64,000 bases of DNA from Squalus acanthias (taxonomy: Eukaryota), in contig CM059431.1 of the NCBI GenBank assembly GCA_030390025.1, positions 113,524,001 to 113,588,000 of the forward strand, written 5' to 3'. How positions within the stretch are numbered: the stretch's first letter is position 1; every line of letters starts with the position of its first letter. The notes beneath the pieces were generated by a model. That model ran no database searches and was not told where the DNA came from. It saw nothing but the letters and a program-made list of their open reading frames with translations. The translations under genes were made by a program, and so were the position numbers. Positions 1-12,437 of this stretch are shown piece by piece.

Positions 1-290
1 GAATAAAGGGTCGCCCTTTTAAAACCGAGATGAGGAGGAACTTCTTCTCTCAGAGGGTCGTAAATTTGTGGAATTCTCTGCCCCAGAGAGCTGTGGAGGC
101 TGGTTCATTAAATACATTTAAAGTGGAGATAGATACATTTTTGCAAGATAAGGGAGTGAAGGGTTATGGGGAGTGGGCTGGGAAGTGGCTTTGAGCCCAA
201 GATCAGCCATGATCTTATTGAATGGCAGAGCAGGCTTGAGGGGCCAACTGGCCTATTCCTGCTCCTATTTCTTATGTCCTTATGTTCTTA
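1..290 (+). mobile_element. CR1 LINE 3' end (runs off window start)
   Basis: Encodes FKTEMRRNFFSQRVVNLWNSLP, followed by the 3' UTR hairpin (gagcagg...cctgctc) and a (cttatgtt)-type microsatellite tail; very similar to 5460-5750. Confidence 0.9.
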
Positions 291-599
291 GGTGGCCTGA
301 GGCCTGATGCCTGGAGTCTGAGGCCAGAGCAGGACAGTGGAGCATTGGGGTTGGGGTAGGTAAGCATCTAGAAGGTGCTCAGGTGGGAAAGGAAAAACCC
401 CAATGCTCGTAGAGGTGGTAGCAGGAAAGAAAATTGACATAAATTAAAATTAAAAAGAAGTGAAAATAAATAAAAATGTAAACACACCTGCAATACCACC
501 TAGAGGAATCGACCAGGCAGACTGAGCTTGAAGGAGCAGCAACATCATTTGCATTTTATGTTGTTTCCAGCAAGAGTTCACAGACCGAGAAATAAATGA

Positions 600-2410
600 G
601 AGCCTATGGAATTGGAGGCAACTTATTGACATGTTTAGGGAATTGATTAAGAGGCAGGAGACAGAGAGTAGGGATAATGGGGGGAATTTTAACTTTTTGG
701 CCCACTGGGAGCGGTGGGGGTGTGTGGGGGGGAGGGGAGGAGAGGGTGAGGGGGGTGGGGTGTGAGTGCAGGGGCGGTAACGCGTGGGAAGGAGTCCCCG
801 CACGCTGTGCAGTTCTAACTCCACAGCGTGTGTCTGACGTCACTGACAGGTTCCCCGCCCAGAAGTCAACCTGATTATCAGGCTTGGCTTCTAGTTGGGC
901 AGGGAATGCTGGTGAAGAGGCCACAGAACCTGGTAGGTCCGATCCCCGACCCGGGGGGTGTCCAATCCCTGACCACAGGGGATCCAATCCTGGCGGGTCC
1001 AATCCCTGACCCTAGGGGGGGGGGGTGGTTCTGATCCCAAGGGAGGTCCGATCCCGGGGGGGCGGAGGTCTGATGGGGGAGGAGCTTGGGGGGCTGAGAA
1101 GAGCAGGAGGAGTGCTCCCCAAGGCTGTCCTTGCCTCACTGTAGCTGCTGGGATTCCTGAGGCCCGGTAAACCCGGCCAACTGCAGTAAAACCTGCAAAG
1201 CAGGTTAAACCCGAGGCTTCCAGATTCATTATCATATTTAAAATGCCAACCGGCCTCTTGGAAGCTGGTTGGCTGCCCGCCCCTTGTCCTGCCTGAGTAA
1301 AAGCTGGAGGTCGGCGAGTTGGAGCCGGCTTCCAGACACGCTCCCAATTTTTCCCCATTTAACCCCCCACCCGCACCCACTCCCACCCGCCCACCTATGT
1401 TAAAATTCCCCCACTCCAATTGGTAGGATGTGACTAGTGGTGTCCCCCCGGGATCTGTACTGGGGCTTCAGTTTTTAGCTATATTTAGAAATGATTTAGA
1501 TGAAGGAATAGAGAGCTGTATATCCAAGTGTGCTGATGACACCAAGTTAGATGGCACAGTAAGTAGTGTAGATGGGGTCAGAAAGTTGCAAAGGGACATT
1601 GATAGATTCAGTGAGTGGGCTAAACTGTGGCAGATTGAACTCAGTGTGGGGAACCATGAGGTCAGCAACTTTGGACTTAAGAGAGATAGATCAGAGTATT
1701 TTCTAAATGGTGAGTAGATAGGAATTGTAGAGGAGCAGAGAGATTTAGGGGTCGAAGTACAGAAATCACTAAAAGCTAGTGGACAGGTACAAAATTAATT
1801 AAAAAGGTGAATGGAATGTTGGCCTTTATTTCAAGGGGGAAGGAATACAAAGGGGTGGAAGTTATGCTACAGTTAAATAAAGCTCTGATTTGACCCCATT
1901 TAGAGAACTGCGTTCAGTTCTGGGCCCCGCACCTCAGGAGGGGGTGCAGTACAGAGTTACCAGAATGCTATCAGTGCTGAAAGGGTTAAATTACGAGGGC
2001 AGATTGCATACACTAGTCTTGTATTCCCTTAAGTATAGAAGATTAAGGGGTGATCTCATTGAGGTGTTTAAGATGATTAAAGGAGTTGATAGGGTAGATA
2101 GAGAGGAACTATTTCCTCTGGTGGGGGGAGTCTAGAACAAGGGGGCATAACCTTAAAATTAGAGCTAGGCCGTTCAGGGGTGATGTCAGGAAGCACAAAG
2201 AGTGGTGGAAATCTGGAACTCTTTCCCCAAAAAGCTGTTGAAGCTAGTTCAATGAAAATTTCAAAAGTGAGATTGATAGATTTCTGTTAGGCAATGATAT
2301 TAAGGATTACAGAACCAAGGCGGGTAGATGGTGTTAAGATACAGATTAGCCATGATCTAATTGAATGTGGGAACAGGCTCAAGGGGCTGTTCCTATGTTG
2401 CTATGACTAA
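600..2410 (+). mobile_element. Decayed CR1 LINE RT/3' fragment, interrupted by a MITE at 679-1412
   Basis: TSGVPPGSVLG and CADDTKL RT motifs (ORF 1430-1717), RRLRGDLIEVFK (1890-2135) and a CR1 3' UTR; stops and frameshifts present. Confidence 0.85.
679..1412. mobile_element. Non-autonomous Harbinger-type MITE with G-rich repetitive interior
   Basis: Terminal inverted repeat gggggaattttaac / gttaaaattccccc; splits a CR1 RT region; no coding capacity. Confidence 0.75.
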
Positions 2411-2882
2411 CATGTGTTTGAAATGACACTCCACATTGTGTGTGTAAAATAATGGACATTGTTATAACTTGCCTCCTTCATTGCCCTCATCATCTTTCGT
2501 AAATAATTTCTCTAGTTCCACTCAGCTGACATTGACTACTGAAGAATGAAATGGGGTTTCTCACTTGTTAATTTAAAGAGAAAGGTGCCTCCAAATCAGG
2601 GTGAATACAGGTTTTTCTGAATAACTCTTAAGATGTACAATTTGGAGCAGTTTGGTTGTATGGTTTTGATCCAATTGTTAATCTGTAGCAGAGTTCAGTC
2701 CGAAGAGTATGGAACTGGTGTGGTTTATGGAGTGGTATTTGTGGGATATGGCTGATTATCATCATACATTACAGCTAAGAGTGCCTTGCAGTAGGACCAC
2801 TGGAAAACCGTCACAGCAAGATGTTATCTAACTGATGTTATATCACGGGCATGGTTTGAGTGAGGGCTTAACGTTAACCATA

Positions 2883-4410
2883 AGTGTCAGCCGTGGCTCA
2901 GTGGGTAGCACTCTTGTCTCTGCGTCAGAAGGTTGTGGGTTCAAGTCCAACTCCAGCGACTTGAGCACAAATATCAAGGCTGACACTCCAGGGCAGTACT
3001 GATGGGGTGCTGCACTGTCGGAGGTGCCAACTTTTGGATGAGGCGTTAAATCGAGGCGCCGTCTGCTCTCTCAGGTGGATGTAAAAGGTCCCATGGCACT
3101 ATTTCAAAGAAGAGCAGGGGAGTTACCCCTGGTGTCCTGGCCAATATTTATCTCTCAATCAACATCACTAAAAACAGATTATCTGGTCATTTAAAAAAAA
3201 AATTGTTTATGGGATGTGGGCGTCGCTGGCAAGGCCAGCATTTATTGCCCATCCCTAATTGCTCTTGAGAAGGTGGTGGTGAGCCGCCTTCTTGAACCAC
3301 TTCAGTCCGTGTGGTGAAGGTACTCCCACAGTGCTGTTGGGTAGGGAGTTCCAGGATTTTGACCCAGCGACGATGAAAGATCGGTGATATACTTCTAAGT
3401 CAGGATGGTGTGTGACTTGGAGGGGAACTTGGAGGTGGTGGTGTTCCCATGTGCCTGATGCCCTTGTCCTTCTAGGTGGAAGAGGTCGCGGGTTTGGGAG
3501 GTGCTGCCGAAGAAGCCTTGGCGAGTTACTGCAGTGCATCTTGTAGATGGTACACACAGCAGACACGGTACGCCGGTGGTGGAGGGAGTGAATGTTTAAG
3601 GTGGTGGATGGGGTGCCAATCAAGCGGGCTGCTTTGTCCTGGATGGTGTCAAGCTTCTTGAGTGTTGTTGGAGCTGCACTCATCCAGGCGAGTGTAGAGT
3701 ATTCTATCACACTCTATACTTGTGCCTTGTAGATGGTGGAAAGTCTTTGGGGAGTCAGGAGGTGAAACAATCGCCCCTGAATACCTAGCCTCTGACCTGC
3801 TCTTGTTGCCACAGTATTTATGTGGCTGGTCCAGTTAAATTTCTGGTCAATGGTGACTCCCAGGATGTTGATGGTGGAGGATTCGGCGATGGTAATGCCA
3901 TTGAATGTCAAGGGGCGGTGGTTAGACTCTCACTTGTTGGAGATAGTCATTGCCTAGCACTTCTGTGGCACGAATGTCAGGTCTTGTTGCATGCGGGCAT
4001 TGACTGCTTCATTATCTGAGGAGTTGTGAATGGCACTGAACACTGTGCAGCGATCAGTGAACATCCCCATTTCTGACCTTCTGTTGGAGGGTAGTTCATT
4101 AATGAAGCAGCTGAAGATGGTTGGGCCTAGGACACTGCCCTGAGGAACTCCTGCAGCGATGTCCTGGGGCTGTGATGATTGACCTTCAACCACCACAACC
4201 ATCTTCCTTTGTGCTAGGTATGACTCCAGCCAGTGGAGAGTTTTCTCCCCGATTCCCATTGACTTCAGTTCCATTATGACATTGCTGTTTGTGGGAGCTT
4301 GCCGTGTTTTCTAAATTACAGCAGTGACTACACTTCACAAAGTACTTCATTGGCTGTAAAGTGCTTTGGGACGTCCTGAGGTTGTGAAAGGTGCTATATA
4401 AATGCAAGTC
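2883..4410 (+). mobile_element. SacSINE1-like DeuSINE split in two (2883-3191 and 4272-4410) by a LINE
   Basis: tRNA-like head (gtggctcagtgggtagc A-box, ggttcaagtcc B-box), Deu-like core and L2-type tail aaaggtgctatataaatgcaagtc; the halves rejoin when compared with the copy at 42260-42705. Confidence 0.85.
3192..4271 (-). mobile_element. 5'-truncated non-LTR retrotransposon (CR1/L2/Jockey supergroup, a family distinct from the main CR1s)
   Basis: GVPQGSVLGPTIFSCFIN RT motif (3954-4274) and C-terminal SWNSLP...KKAAHHHLL (3255-3710); catt duplicated at 3188-3191 and 4272-4275. Confidence 0.85.
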
Positions 4411-4424
4411 AAGCATACAGTCAT

Positions 4425-5750
4425 ATAATACATCCAAGCAGAGTCAACATGGTTTTATGAAAGGGACATCATGTTTGACAAATTTGCTGGAGTTCTTTGA
4501 GGATGTAACGAGCAGGGTGGATAAAGGTGAGCCAGTGGATGTGGTGTATTTGGATTTCCAGAAGGCATTTGATAAGGTGCCACATAAAAGGTTACTGCAC
4601 AAGATAAGAGCTCAGGGTGTTGGGGGTAATATATTAGCATGGATAGAGGATTGGCTAACTAACAGAAAACAGAGAGTCGGGATAAATGGGTCATTTTCCG
4701 GTTGGCAAACTGTAACTAGTGGGGTGCCACAGGGATCAGTGCTGGGGCCTCAACTATTTGCAATCTATATTAATGACTTGGATGAAGGGATCGAGTGTAA
4801 TGTAGCCAAATTTGCTGATGATACAAAGATGGGTGGGAAAGCAAGTTGTGAGGAGGACACAAAGAATCTGCAAAGGGATATAGACAGGCTAGGTGAGTGG
4901 GCAAACATTTGGCAGATGGAGTATAATGTGGGAAAGTGTGAGGTTATCCACTTTGGTAAGAAAAATAAAAAAGCAAATTATTATTTAAATGGAGAGAGAT
5001 TACAAAATGCTACAGTTCAGAGGGACCTGGGGGTTCTTGAGCATGATACACAAAAAGTTAGCATGCAGGTACAGCAAGTAATCAGAAAGGCAAATGGAAT
5101 GTTGGCCTTTATTTCAAGGGGGTTGGAGTATAAAAGCAGGGAAGTCCTGCTACAACTGTACAGGGTATTGGTGAGACCACACCTTGTGTACTGCGTACAG
5201 TTTTGGTCTCCTTATTTAAGGAGGGATATACTTGCATTGGAGGCAGTTCAGAGAAGGCTCACGAGGTTGAATCCTGAGATGAAGGGGTTGACTTATGAAG
5301 AAAGGTTGAGCAGGCTGGGACTATACTCATTGGAGTTTAGAAGAATGAGAGGTGATCTTATTGAAACATATAAGATACTGAGGGGGTTCGACAAGGTAAA
5401 TGCAGAGAGGATGTTTTCCCTCATGGGGGAATCTAGAACTAGGGGGCATAGTTTCAGAATAAGGAGTCGCCCATTTAAAACTGAGATGAGGAGGAATTTC
5501 TTCTCTCAGAGGGTCGTAAATCTATGGAATTCTCTTCCCCAGAGAGCTGTGGAGGCTGGGTCATTAAATACATTTAAGGTGGAGATAGACAGATTTTTGA
5601 ACAATAAGGGAGTGATGGGTTATGGGGAGCGGGCAGGGAAATGGAGCTGAGCCCAAGATCAGATCAGCCATGATCTCATTAAATGGCGGAGCAGGCTCGA
5701 GGGGCCAAATTGTCTACTCCTGCTCCTATTTCTTATGTTCTTATGTTCTA
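4425..5750 (+). mobile_element. 5'-truncated CR1 LINE with open RT and C-terminal region
   Basis: ORF 4391-5650 contains QHGF, YLDFQKAFDKVPH, GVPQGSVLGP and FADD, followed by the 3' hairpin and microsatellite tail. Confidence 0.95.
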
Positions 5751-5751
5751 A

Positions 5752-6477
5752 GGCCTAAAACTTCGGTTGATTTGCGCCTCCCGTTAGCGTCCTAAGAGGG
5801 CACTAATGGGGCGCAAAGCAACTAGCGCCTGGGTGTGGCGCCGCCAATGCCTCCCGCGAAATTCAGCGAGAGGTTAGTGGCGGTGGTAACCGTTAGTGCC
5901 CTGCGGCGCTGACGTCATTGCCGTGCGCAGCGCCCTGCTCGCGCCCCGGCGCGATCTTCGGTAGCGCCCCCTGACTTACCGCCGGACGCTATGTCCGACG
6001 GGGTCAGGGGGGCCTACCTGCGGCCGGGGCGGCGCAAATTAAAGGGGAGGTGCCGGGCGGCCATTTTTGTTGCTGGCCGCCTGCCAGCACCTGCCCCCGT
6101 TGCCGTCCCCGGCCTCCTCTGCAGCCCCCCCGCGGAGTGCTGGCTGCGCTCCGTGAGCCCGGCACTTCTCTTGAGTGCCGAGCTCTTTTGTCGGCACTTC
6201 GATCCCTGGTTGCCCAGCTGGGCCCCGGGTCGTGCTGCGCTCGGCCCCTCCCCTTTAATAAGGGGAGGAAGGACTGCAGTACCACGGCACGTAACGCCGC
6301 GATATTCACTCGCAGTTCTCCAAGAGGGAGGCGGGTCGCTTCCAGTAGTGCCCTGCCTCCCTCTTGGAGCGCTACCGCTAAATTTCGGGCGCGGGGGCTC
6401 TAAATACTTCGGGGCGCTAAAAGTAGCGCCCCGGCGAAGTTAACGTCCCAAAGGGGGCACGACCCAATTTTTCCCCC
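5752..6477. mobile_element. GC-rich Harbinger-type MITE, family C (GGCGC-rich)
   Basis: Imperfect TIRs (ggcctaaaacttcgg / ccaatttttccccc); close homology to 32816-33166 and to the ends of 43768-44653. Confidence 0.75.
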
Positions 6478-6721
6478 GAAGTCTTTTTTTTAAGGACATA
6501 AGCCTCTGATTCCCCTTTATATTTTATTTTCTAGCCCAATATATGAAAACATTCTAAGAGATTGTGATGTAGTGAGATACATTCTTGTATGTACTTTGTG
6601 AAAGATAGTGATTAAGGCATGATGCATTCAGAGAATGTATGAGGTAGCAACACATGGCTGAATAAGATGGCTGTAATGAACAGCAAGCACAACATATGAG
6701 TTATTCAAACCAGCAGCATGT

Positions 6722-7137
6722 CGTAGAGTTTAGAAGAATGAGAGGTGATCTCATCGAAACATACAAAATTCTTACAGGGCTTGACAGGGTAGATGCAGGG
6801 AGGATGTTTCCCCTGGCTGGGGAGTCTAGAACCAGGGGTCACAGTCTCAGAATAAGGGGTCGGCCATTTAGGACTGAGATGAGGAGAAATTTCTTCACTC
6901 AGAGGGTGGTGAATCTTTGGAATTCTCTACCCCAGAGGGCTGTGGATGCTCAGTCGTTGAGAATATTCAAGACAGAGATCGATAGATTTTTCGATATTAA
7001 GGGAATCAAGGGATATGGGGATAGTGCGGGAAGGTGGAATTGAGGTAGAAGATCAGTCATGATCTTATTGAATGGCGGAGCAGGCTTGAGGGGCCAAATG
7101 GCCTACTCCTGCTCCAATTTTCTATGTTCTTATGTCC
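6722..7137 (+). mobile_element. CR1 LINE 3' fragment
   Basis: EFRRMRGDLIETYKIL...QRVVNLWNSLP plus 3' UTR. Confidence 0.9.
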
Positions 7138-7232
7138 TGTGCTTTTTAGTCATTATAGAGGTGACCTGCGCTCATACTTCCATGAAGATTGAAAATTTTG
7201 GTTTGGGTCATTTCTTCTATAACAATTATATT

Positions 7233-7322
7233 ATTGAGAAGTCGCACAACACCAGGTTATAGTCCAACAGTTTTATTTGAAATCACAAGCTTTCGGAGCT
7301 GCTGCTCCTTCGTCAGGTGAAA
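7233..7322 (-). mobile_element. ~90-bp Penelope-type terminal unit carrying a hammerhead motif
   Basis: Nearly identical to 12441-12525 and 29185-29270; flanked by aattatatt at 7224-7232 and 7327-7335 (probable TSD). Confidence 0.75.
7283..7320 (-). ncRNA. Minimal type I hammerhead ribozyme motif
   Basis: Minus strand reads UCAC-CUGACGA-A-GGAGC-agca-GCUCC-GAAA-GCUU-GUGA: both core boxes, helix I, helix II and a palindromic AAGCUU in place of helix III. Confidence 0.75.
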
Positions 7323-7335
7323 TAATAATTATATT

Positions 7336-8079
7336 GGCCCAAAAATTAGTGAGTGAGCCTTCGTGCGAGGGTAAGGCCTTCCCGCGATCTCTCACTGCGC
7401 GCTGGCTTTTTCAGTCCGAGCTCGCACGAACTTGATGTTCTGGACAGCAGCTATGCAGGGCTTTCGTATCCCGCAGGCGTAGTTAATTCGTGCGAGCTGT
7501 GGGATCACGTGACTCAGTTAGAGCCAATGGCAGCACACCATCTTTCATTCATAGCTTTCACAGCATGGCTGTGAAAGCTATGAATACTATACCCCCCCAA
7601 AAGAACAGCTAAACCTCAATTAAATTTTTTTTAAAAACCATCACATTAATAAAATAAGTATAGTTAAATAAATTAACCATTTTAAACAAAAAATTAAATT
7701 TTTGAAAAAATTTAAAATCTTTTAAAAAGTTATAAAAATAAACTTACCTGTCTTTAAAGTCTCTAAAAAAGATATACCTGTTAAAAAAAAATCAAAATAA
7801 TACTTAATTAAGTACTTACCTTGTTAAAAGAGGGTCTTACACCTCCTTTCTTTATGTCTAAAATCTTCCATGCTTACCTGCGCGTTCAAAGCACTAAGTG
7901 CACTGTGTGCGCGCAACCTGTAGCGCGCACGCGGTTCACCTAGGAACCGCCCCCTTTTGAATTCACCAAGTGCCGGTTTTCAGCGCATGCGCAGTGCATG
8001 CAGAAAACCGGCAATTGGAGACAGAATACGTGAGAGTACACAGTGCGTACTCTCGCGTAGCGGCACTAATTTTTGGGCC
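7336..8079. mobile_element. Harbinger-type MITE, family B (copy 1)
   Basis: Perfect 16-bp TIR ggcccaaaaattagtg, att TSD on both sides and an internal 18-bp palindrome at 7547-7585. Confidence 0.9.
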
Positions 8080-8287
8080 ATTATTTTTAGATGCAAATAA
8101 TCATTATCAACATTTTCTTTATGTATAATGCTGGACACTTTTAAGCAGGGACTATCTTCCATTCAGCATTGACAAACCTATGAAAGTACAATATAAAGTT
8201 TATTATAAAAAAAACACTAATTACTAAGTGTAAGTCTGTTGTCGATTTAAAGGCAGTTTAATTGGTCACAGCCGAATGGCTCTGATA

Positions 8288-8301
8288 CTGCCATCTAGAG
8301 T
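8288..8301 (-). promoter_or_regulatory. Candidate CTCF site
   Basis: Minus strand ACTCTAGATGGCAG matches the CCASYAGRKGGCRS core at 12 of 14 positions, in non-repetitive sequence; motif match only. Confidence 0.3.
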
Positions 8302-10172
8302 CACTGCACCAGTACTACATGCTGAGGAAAGTGGCAATTTACTGAGCGAGATGTAGAGATAGATTTCACGCTCCTGGGATGCATGTCGGAGTGTGAAGTG
8401 ACAAAATATGCCCTAATGTTAAAAAACACGTGTTTGTTATCAGATCTCTTGTGGCACTACCCACGATGAGCTGGAGGTTAGTCTGTTGGGTGGGGGAAGG
8501 TTGAGGGGTGTCCTGGGGTGTGGGATTGGGGGAAAGGTACAAATCTCCAGTGAAAGAATATGAAATTAAATTTCTTCAGACACAGTGAAGTAGTCGTTTT
8601 TGATTGTTTCCTGGAAATAAATTAATGAATTAATTAAATAAATTTGTTGCCCCTCACAACTGCACAAGTAAATAAAACTGTGCAAGTGTCATGGGGGTGG
8701 GGAAAAGGGACATCAAGCACTTTTCAATATAGAACCGGACTTCTGGCTTTCACATGTGTATTCTGTGTTTCTGTAGCTCTCTCATTAATAAACTGGCATG
8801 TCTCCCTGTATGTCAAACCAAGTACTTTTATTTAGCCACAATGGTGGCGTCGTCAAGGCCAAAGTTATCGTTGCTAGCGAGACTATCAAATCTGCAGACT
8901 GTTTTGGAAAATAGACATTTTCTTGGGAAACTATAGATATCATAATATATTGTTAAGATCTACGTTTAGCGGATCCGTATTGCAAACTAAAGCACACAAA
9001 CCAAGTTATGGCTCTCTGTTTTATCCAATAGTGTTCCTTTTAACTTTAAACGCAGCTTTAAACATTAATATTTTGCCTTACAGTTACTGCTATATTTCTT
9101 CTTGCATAGAAGTATAAAATACAAGAGCTTAGAAATTACTGTTTGCGATGTTACTTTGTTGAACCTTTTCGTTCAGCTGAGAGAGTGCAGCCCTGGGAGG
9201 CCCCATGTGCGCAAGTATTTTGCTTCTCAGAGAGGCACTGCCTTCAGCCAGCCGATGCTGGAGACATTTCCAACGCACATAAAGCATTTTTTTTGGAAAT
9301 ATTTTTTACTTTTATTATCTCGCAAACTTATTTCCACTGCTGAGTTCACCTTAGCGAAAAACAAAGGTGGTGGCCAGTAGCATTTTCAAAAAGCATTTGC
9401 AGCAATTTCATTAGTTTCCATTCCGCTCCTTGCATTGGGAGCTTTTTGTTGATGGGCCATTTCTGATTGCTAGTTTTAGTTCCCATTTGGCATCTTGCCA
9501 ACCTTCTCAATTGTGAGTTTTTTTTTGGGCTGATTCATGTGTGTCATGTTCTTTGCCTGGCAAATGTGTCACCTGAGGTAGAATCATTGAATGATACAGC
9601 ACAGAAGGAGGTCATTCGGCCCATCATGCCCGTGCCAGCTCTTTGAAAGAGCTAGCCAAATAGTCCCACTCCCTGCTCTTTCCCCATAGCCTAGCAAATT
9701 TTTCTCTTCAAGTATTTATCCAATTACCTTTTGAAAGTTATTACTGAATCTGCTTTCAAGCAGTGCATTCCAGACATAACAACATGCTGCGTAATTTTTT
9801 TTTGCTCCTGTCGCCTCTGGTTCTTCTGACAATCACCTTCAATCTGTGTCATCTGGTTACCAACCCTTCTGCCACTGGAAACAGTTTCTACTTATTTACT
9901 CTTTCAAAACCCTTCAAGATTTTGATCACCTCTATCAAATCTCCCCTTAACCTTCTCTGCTGTAAGGAGAACAACCCCAGTTTCTCTAGGCTCATCATGT
10001 AACTGAAGTCTTTCATCCCTGGTACCATTCTAGGAAATCTCCTCTACACACTCTCTGAGGCCTTGACATCCTTCCTAAAGTGTAGTGCCCAGAATTGGCC
10101 AGAATACTCTAGCTGGGGTGTAACTATTGTTTTATAAAGGTTTAGCATAACTTCCTTGCTTTTGTGCTCTAT

Positions 10173-12419
10173 GGGCTAAAAATTGGAGAGCGCTAAAAAC
10201 CTGCCGTGCCACCGTGGGCCGGAGTTAACGACTGCCAAGATTAATGGCACTGGCAGGACCGGGATATTGGTGCTGGTTGCTAATTAACATTAGCCTAGCG
10301 CTAAACATACCGTGCAAGGCCGTTTTCATGGCGGTAGTCTCAGCAGGAGGCCCAATGTAGCGTGGCCGTAGCATCATTGCAGCAAGAACAGCCTTCCCTT
10401 AAAGCAAGGCTGTCATTTTAGAAAGCAGTGCGGTCCCTTAAAGGGGAACTGCCTTCTAAAATGAAAAAAATAAAAATCATTTAAAAATAGGCAGTTTTCA
10501 GCCCTTACAGCTCAACTGCCTTCTGAAAAAAAAATTAACAGTAAAAAGAATTCTCAAATGGGAGCCTTCAGCTCTTAAAGCTGGATTTCTTTCTGCACCT
10601 CAAAAAATGGGAAAAGTGCTTCAGCACTGACACAAATGGCTCAGCAAGCCAGGGAAGGGGCACCCAAGGTCTCACACGCAGCACTCCAGCTTTGTGCAGG
10701 GAATCAACACTGCAAGAGAGGTCCTCTACCCACAGGAGCCAGGAGGCCCTCCAGAAAGAAGAATGTGGGACCTGATCACCGAGGCCGTCACTGCCAGCAG
10801 TGTAGCCTCCACGACCTGGCATCAGTGTCTAAAGATGCTTCGTGAGCTCAGATCAGTGGTCACGGTCAGTGAATGTATCTTCAAAAGCCGTTTCCTACCA
10901 ACTGCACCACTAGCATCACACACTTCTCAATGCACCTCCCCCCTCCCCCCTGCACCCCCCCACAATCACTCACCTACCAACAATCTGTACCAAACACAAG
11001 GCACACCTCCCATTCCTAGCTTCACCTCACCCCCTTGGAGGAGACGGTGCTGGCCATTCTTGGTAGGGGCATGGCTAAGCCCTTGACCAGCGGCAGGGCT
11101 GAAAGGATACAAGATGCTGGTATCCTCATACATTATCCTCTTTCATGCACCTCTTGCTTTCCCACCTTCACCTCATCACAACTCCACCCTTGTGTCTTCC
11201 TCATTTCTGACACCCAAGAAATGCAGCCTGCCCAGCCAATGGTTGACCAGGAAGAGGGAGAGGAGAGTGAAGAAGAAGAATAAAAAGAAACACCATCACT
11301 TGATTTCACACTCCCAGCCACCAGCTCCTCAAGGTTGCCAAGCAAGGTAATTTGCAGTGTCCCCCACTGAAAGTCAGCAGCCTTCCACCAGCCATGCTGC
11401 AGTCACTGGGGTAGCACTGCGTGACATCACTAGGATAGGCAAAGGCACACACAAGACAGTCACTAAGGGAATGCATAAGGGTGATGAGTTTATTTCTTGA
11501 TGTCATATTGGATGGATTGATGTATAAATTTGGATTGGAAAGTTTGCTTTGTGGTGGCTTTTATTTCAGCATTGTGGCCAAGAGGACACTGTGATGGTCA
11601 GTAACAGAGGGAAGATAAGGTGTGGGACAAATGTTGAAAGGGGAATTGGGGTAGTGGTCACTGGTACCACAGGTGGATCATTTCATCCTGAATATCCTGG
11701 CCAGAAATAGGCTGTCTGGGTTGCATCCTTCCTTCTGCTTCCTCCACTTCTGCGTCTTCCTCTTCTGCGTCTTCCTCTTCCCTCTGTGAGTGGATGCTGG
11801 AAATCTGAAATAAAAGCAGGAAATGCTGGGAATACTCAGCAGTCAGGCAGCAGCTCGACCTGAGACACGAACTCTGTTTCTTTCTCCACGGATGCTGCCT
11901 GACCTGCTGAGTATTTCCAACATTTTCTGTCTTCTCAGAGGCCTTCCTTTACCAGCTGAGGCCTTGCAAGAGTCCAGTAGCACGCCCTGCACACTTTGAA
12001 AACTTTTAACATGAATTGTACCAAGCCACTACTTCAATAAAATCAAAAAAAAATCCAGTCCAAAAGCTTAAATGCAAAGTTACCTGAAAGATGTGTGTGT
12101 CCCTTTAATAATTGCTGACAGTGTCTCTGTCAGTCTGCTGCACGCTTGCTTTTCAGAGCGCGATTAGGACTCAGCGCAAAACTCAGCGCAAAGGTCCAAG
12201 TTTGCAGAGCGTAACGTTAAGTCAGCGTTGCATGCCGACTGATCTCGCATGCCGACTGATCTCATGCTCTCCATATTTGCATGTCCAGCGCCAGCGCTGC
12301 TACCAAATTGGTGGCCGCCATGCCCCGTGCCAGAGGCGGGCGTTAGAGCAGCGGCCGCCATTTTTCTCCAGGATTTCGGCACACCAACGGGTGGCGGTAA
12401 GTAGCCCAACTTCTGGGCC
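10173..12419 (+). mobile_element. Non-autonomous Harbinger derivative with a decayed Myb/SANT-like gene
   Basis: TIRs gggctaaaaattgg / ccaacttctgggcc with tat TSD. MAQQAREGAPK...WDLITEAVTASSVASTTWHQCLK (10636-10870) is homologous to the Myb/SANT ORF starting at 37581; an acidic transposase tail remnant lies on the minus strand near 11700-11790. Confidence 0.8.
11790..11935. mobile_element. Penelope-like terminal sequences arranged as an inverted pair
   Basis: Both arms match the 3' end of the Penelope element at 62090-62190, one in each orientation. Confidence 0.7.
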
Positions 12420-12437
12420 TATGCCTCTATTTATAAA

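Noticed and set aside
9102..9380. Short overlapping ORFs as exons
   Set aside because: No recognisable homology and no convincing splice-site pair.
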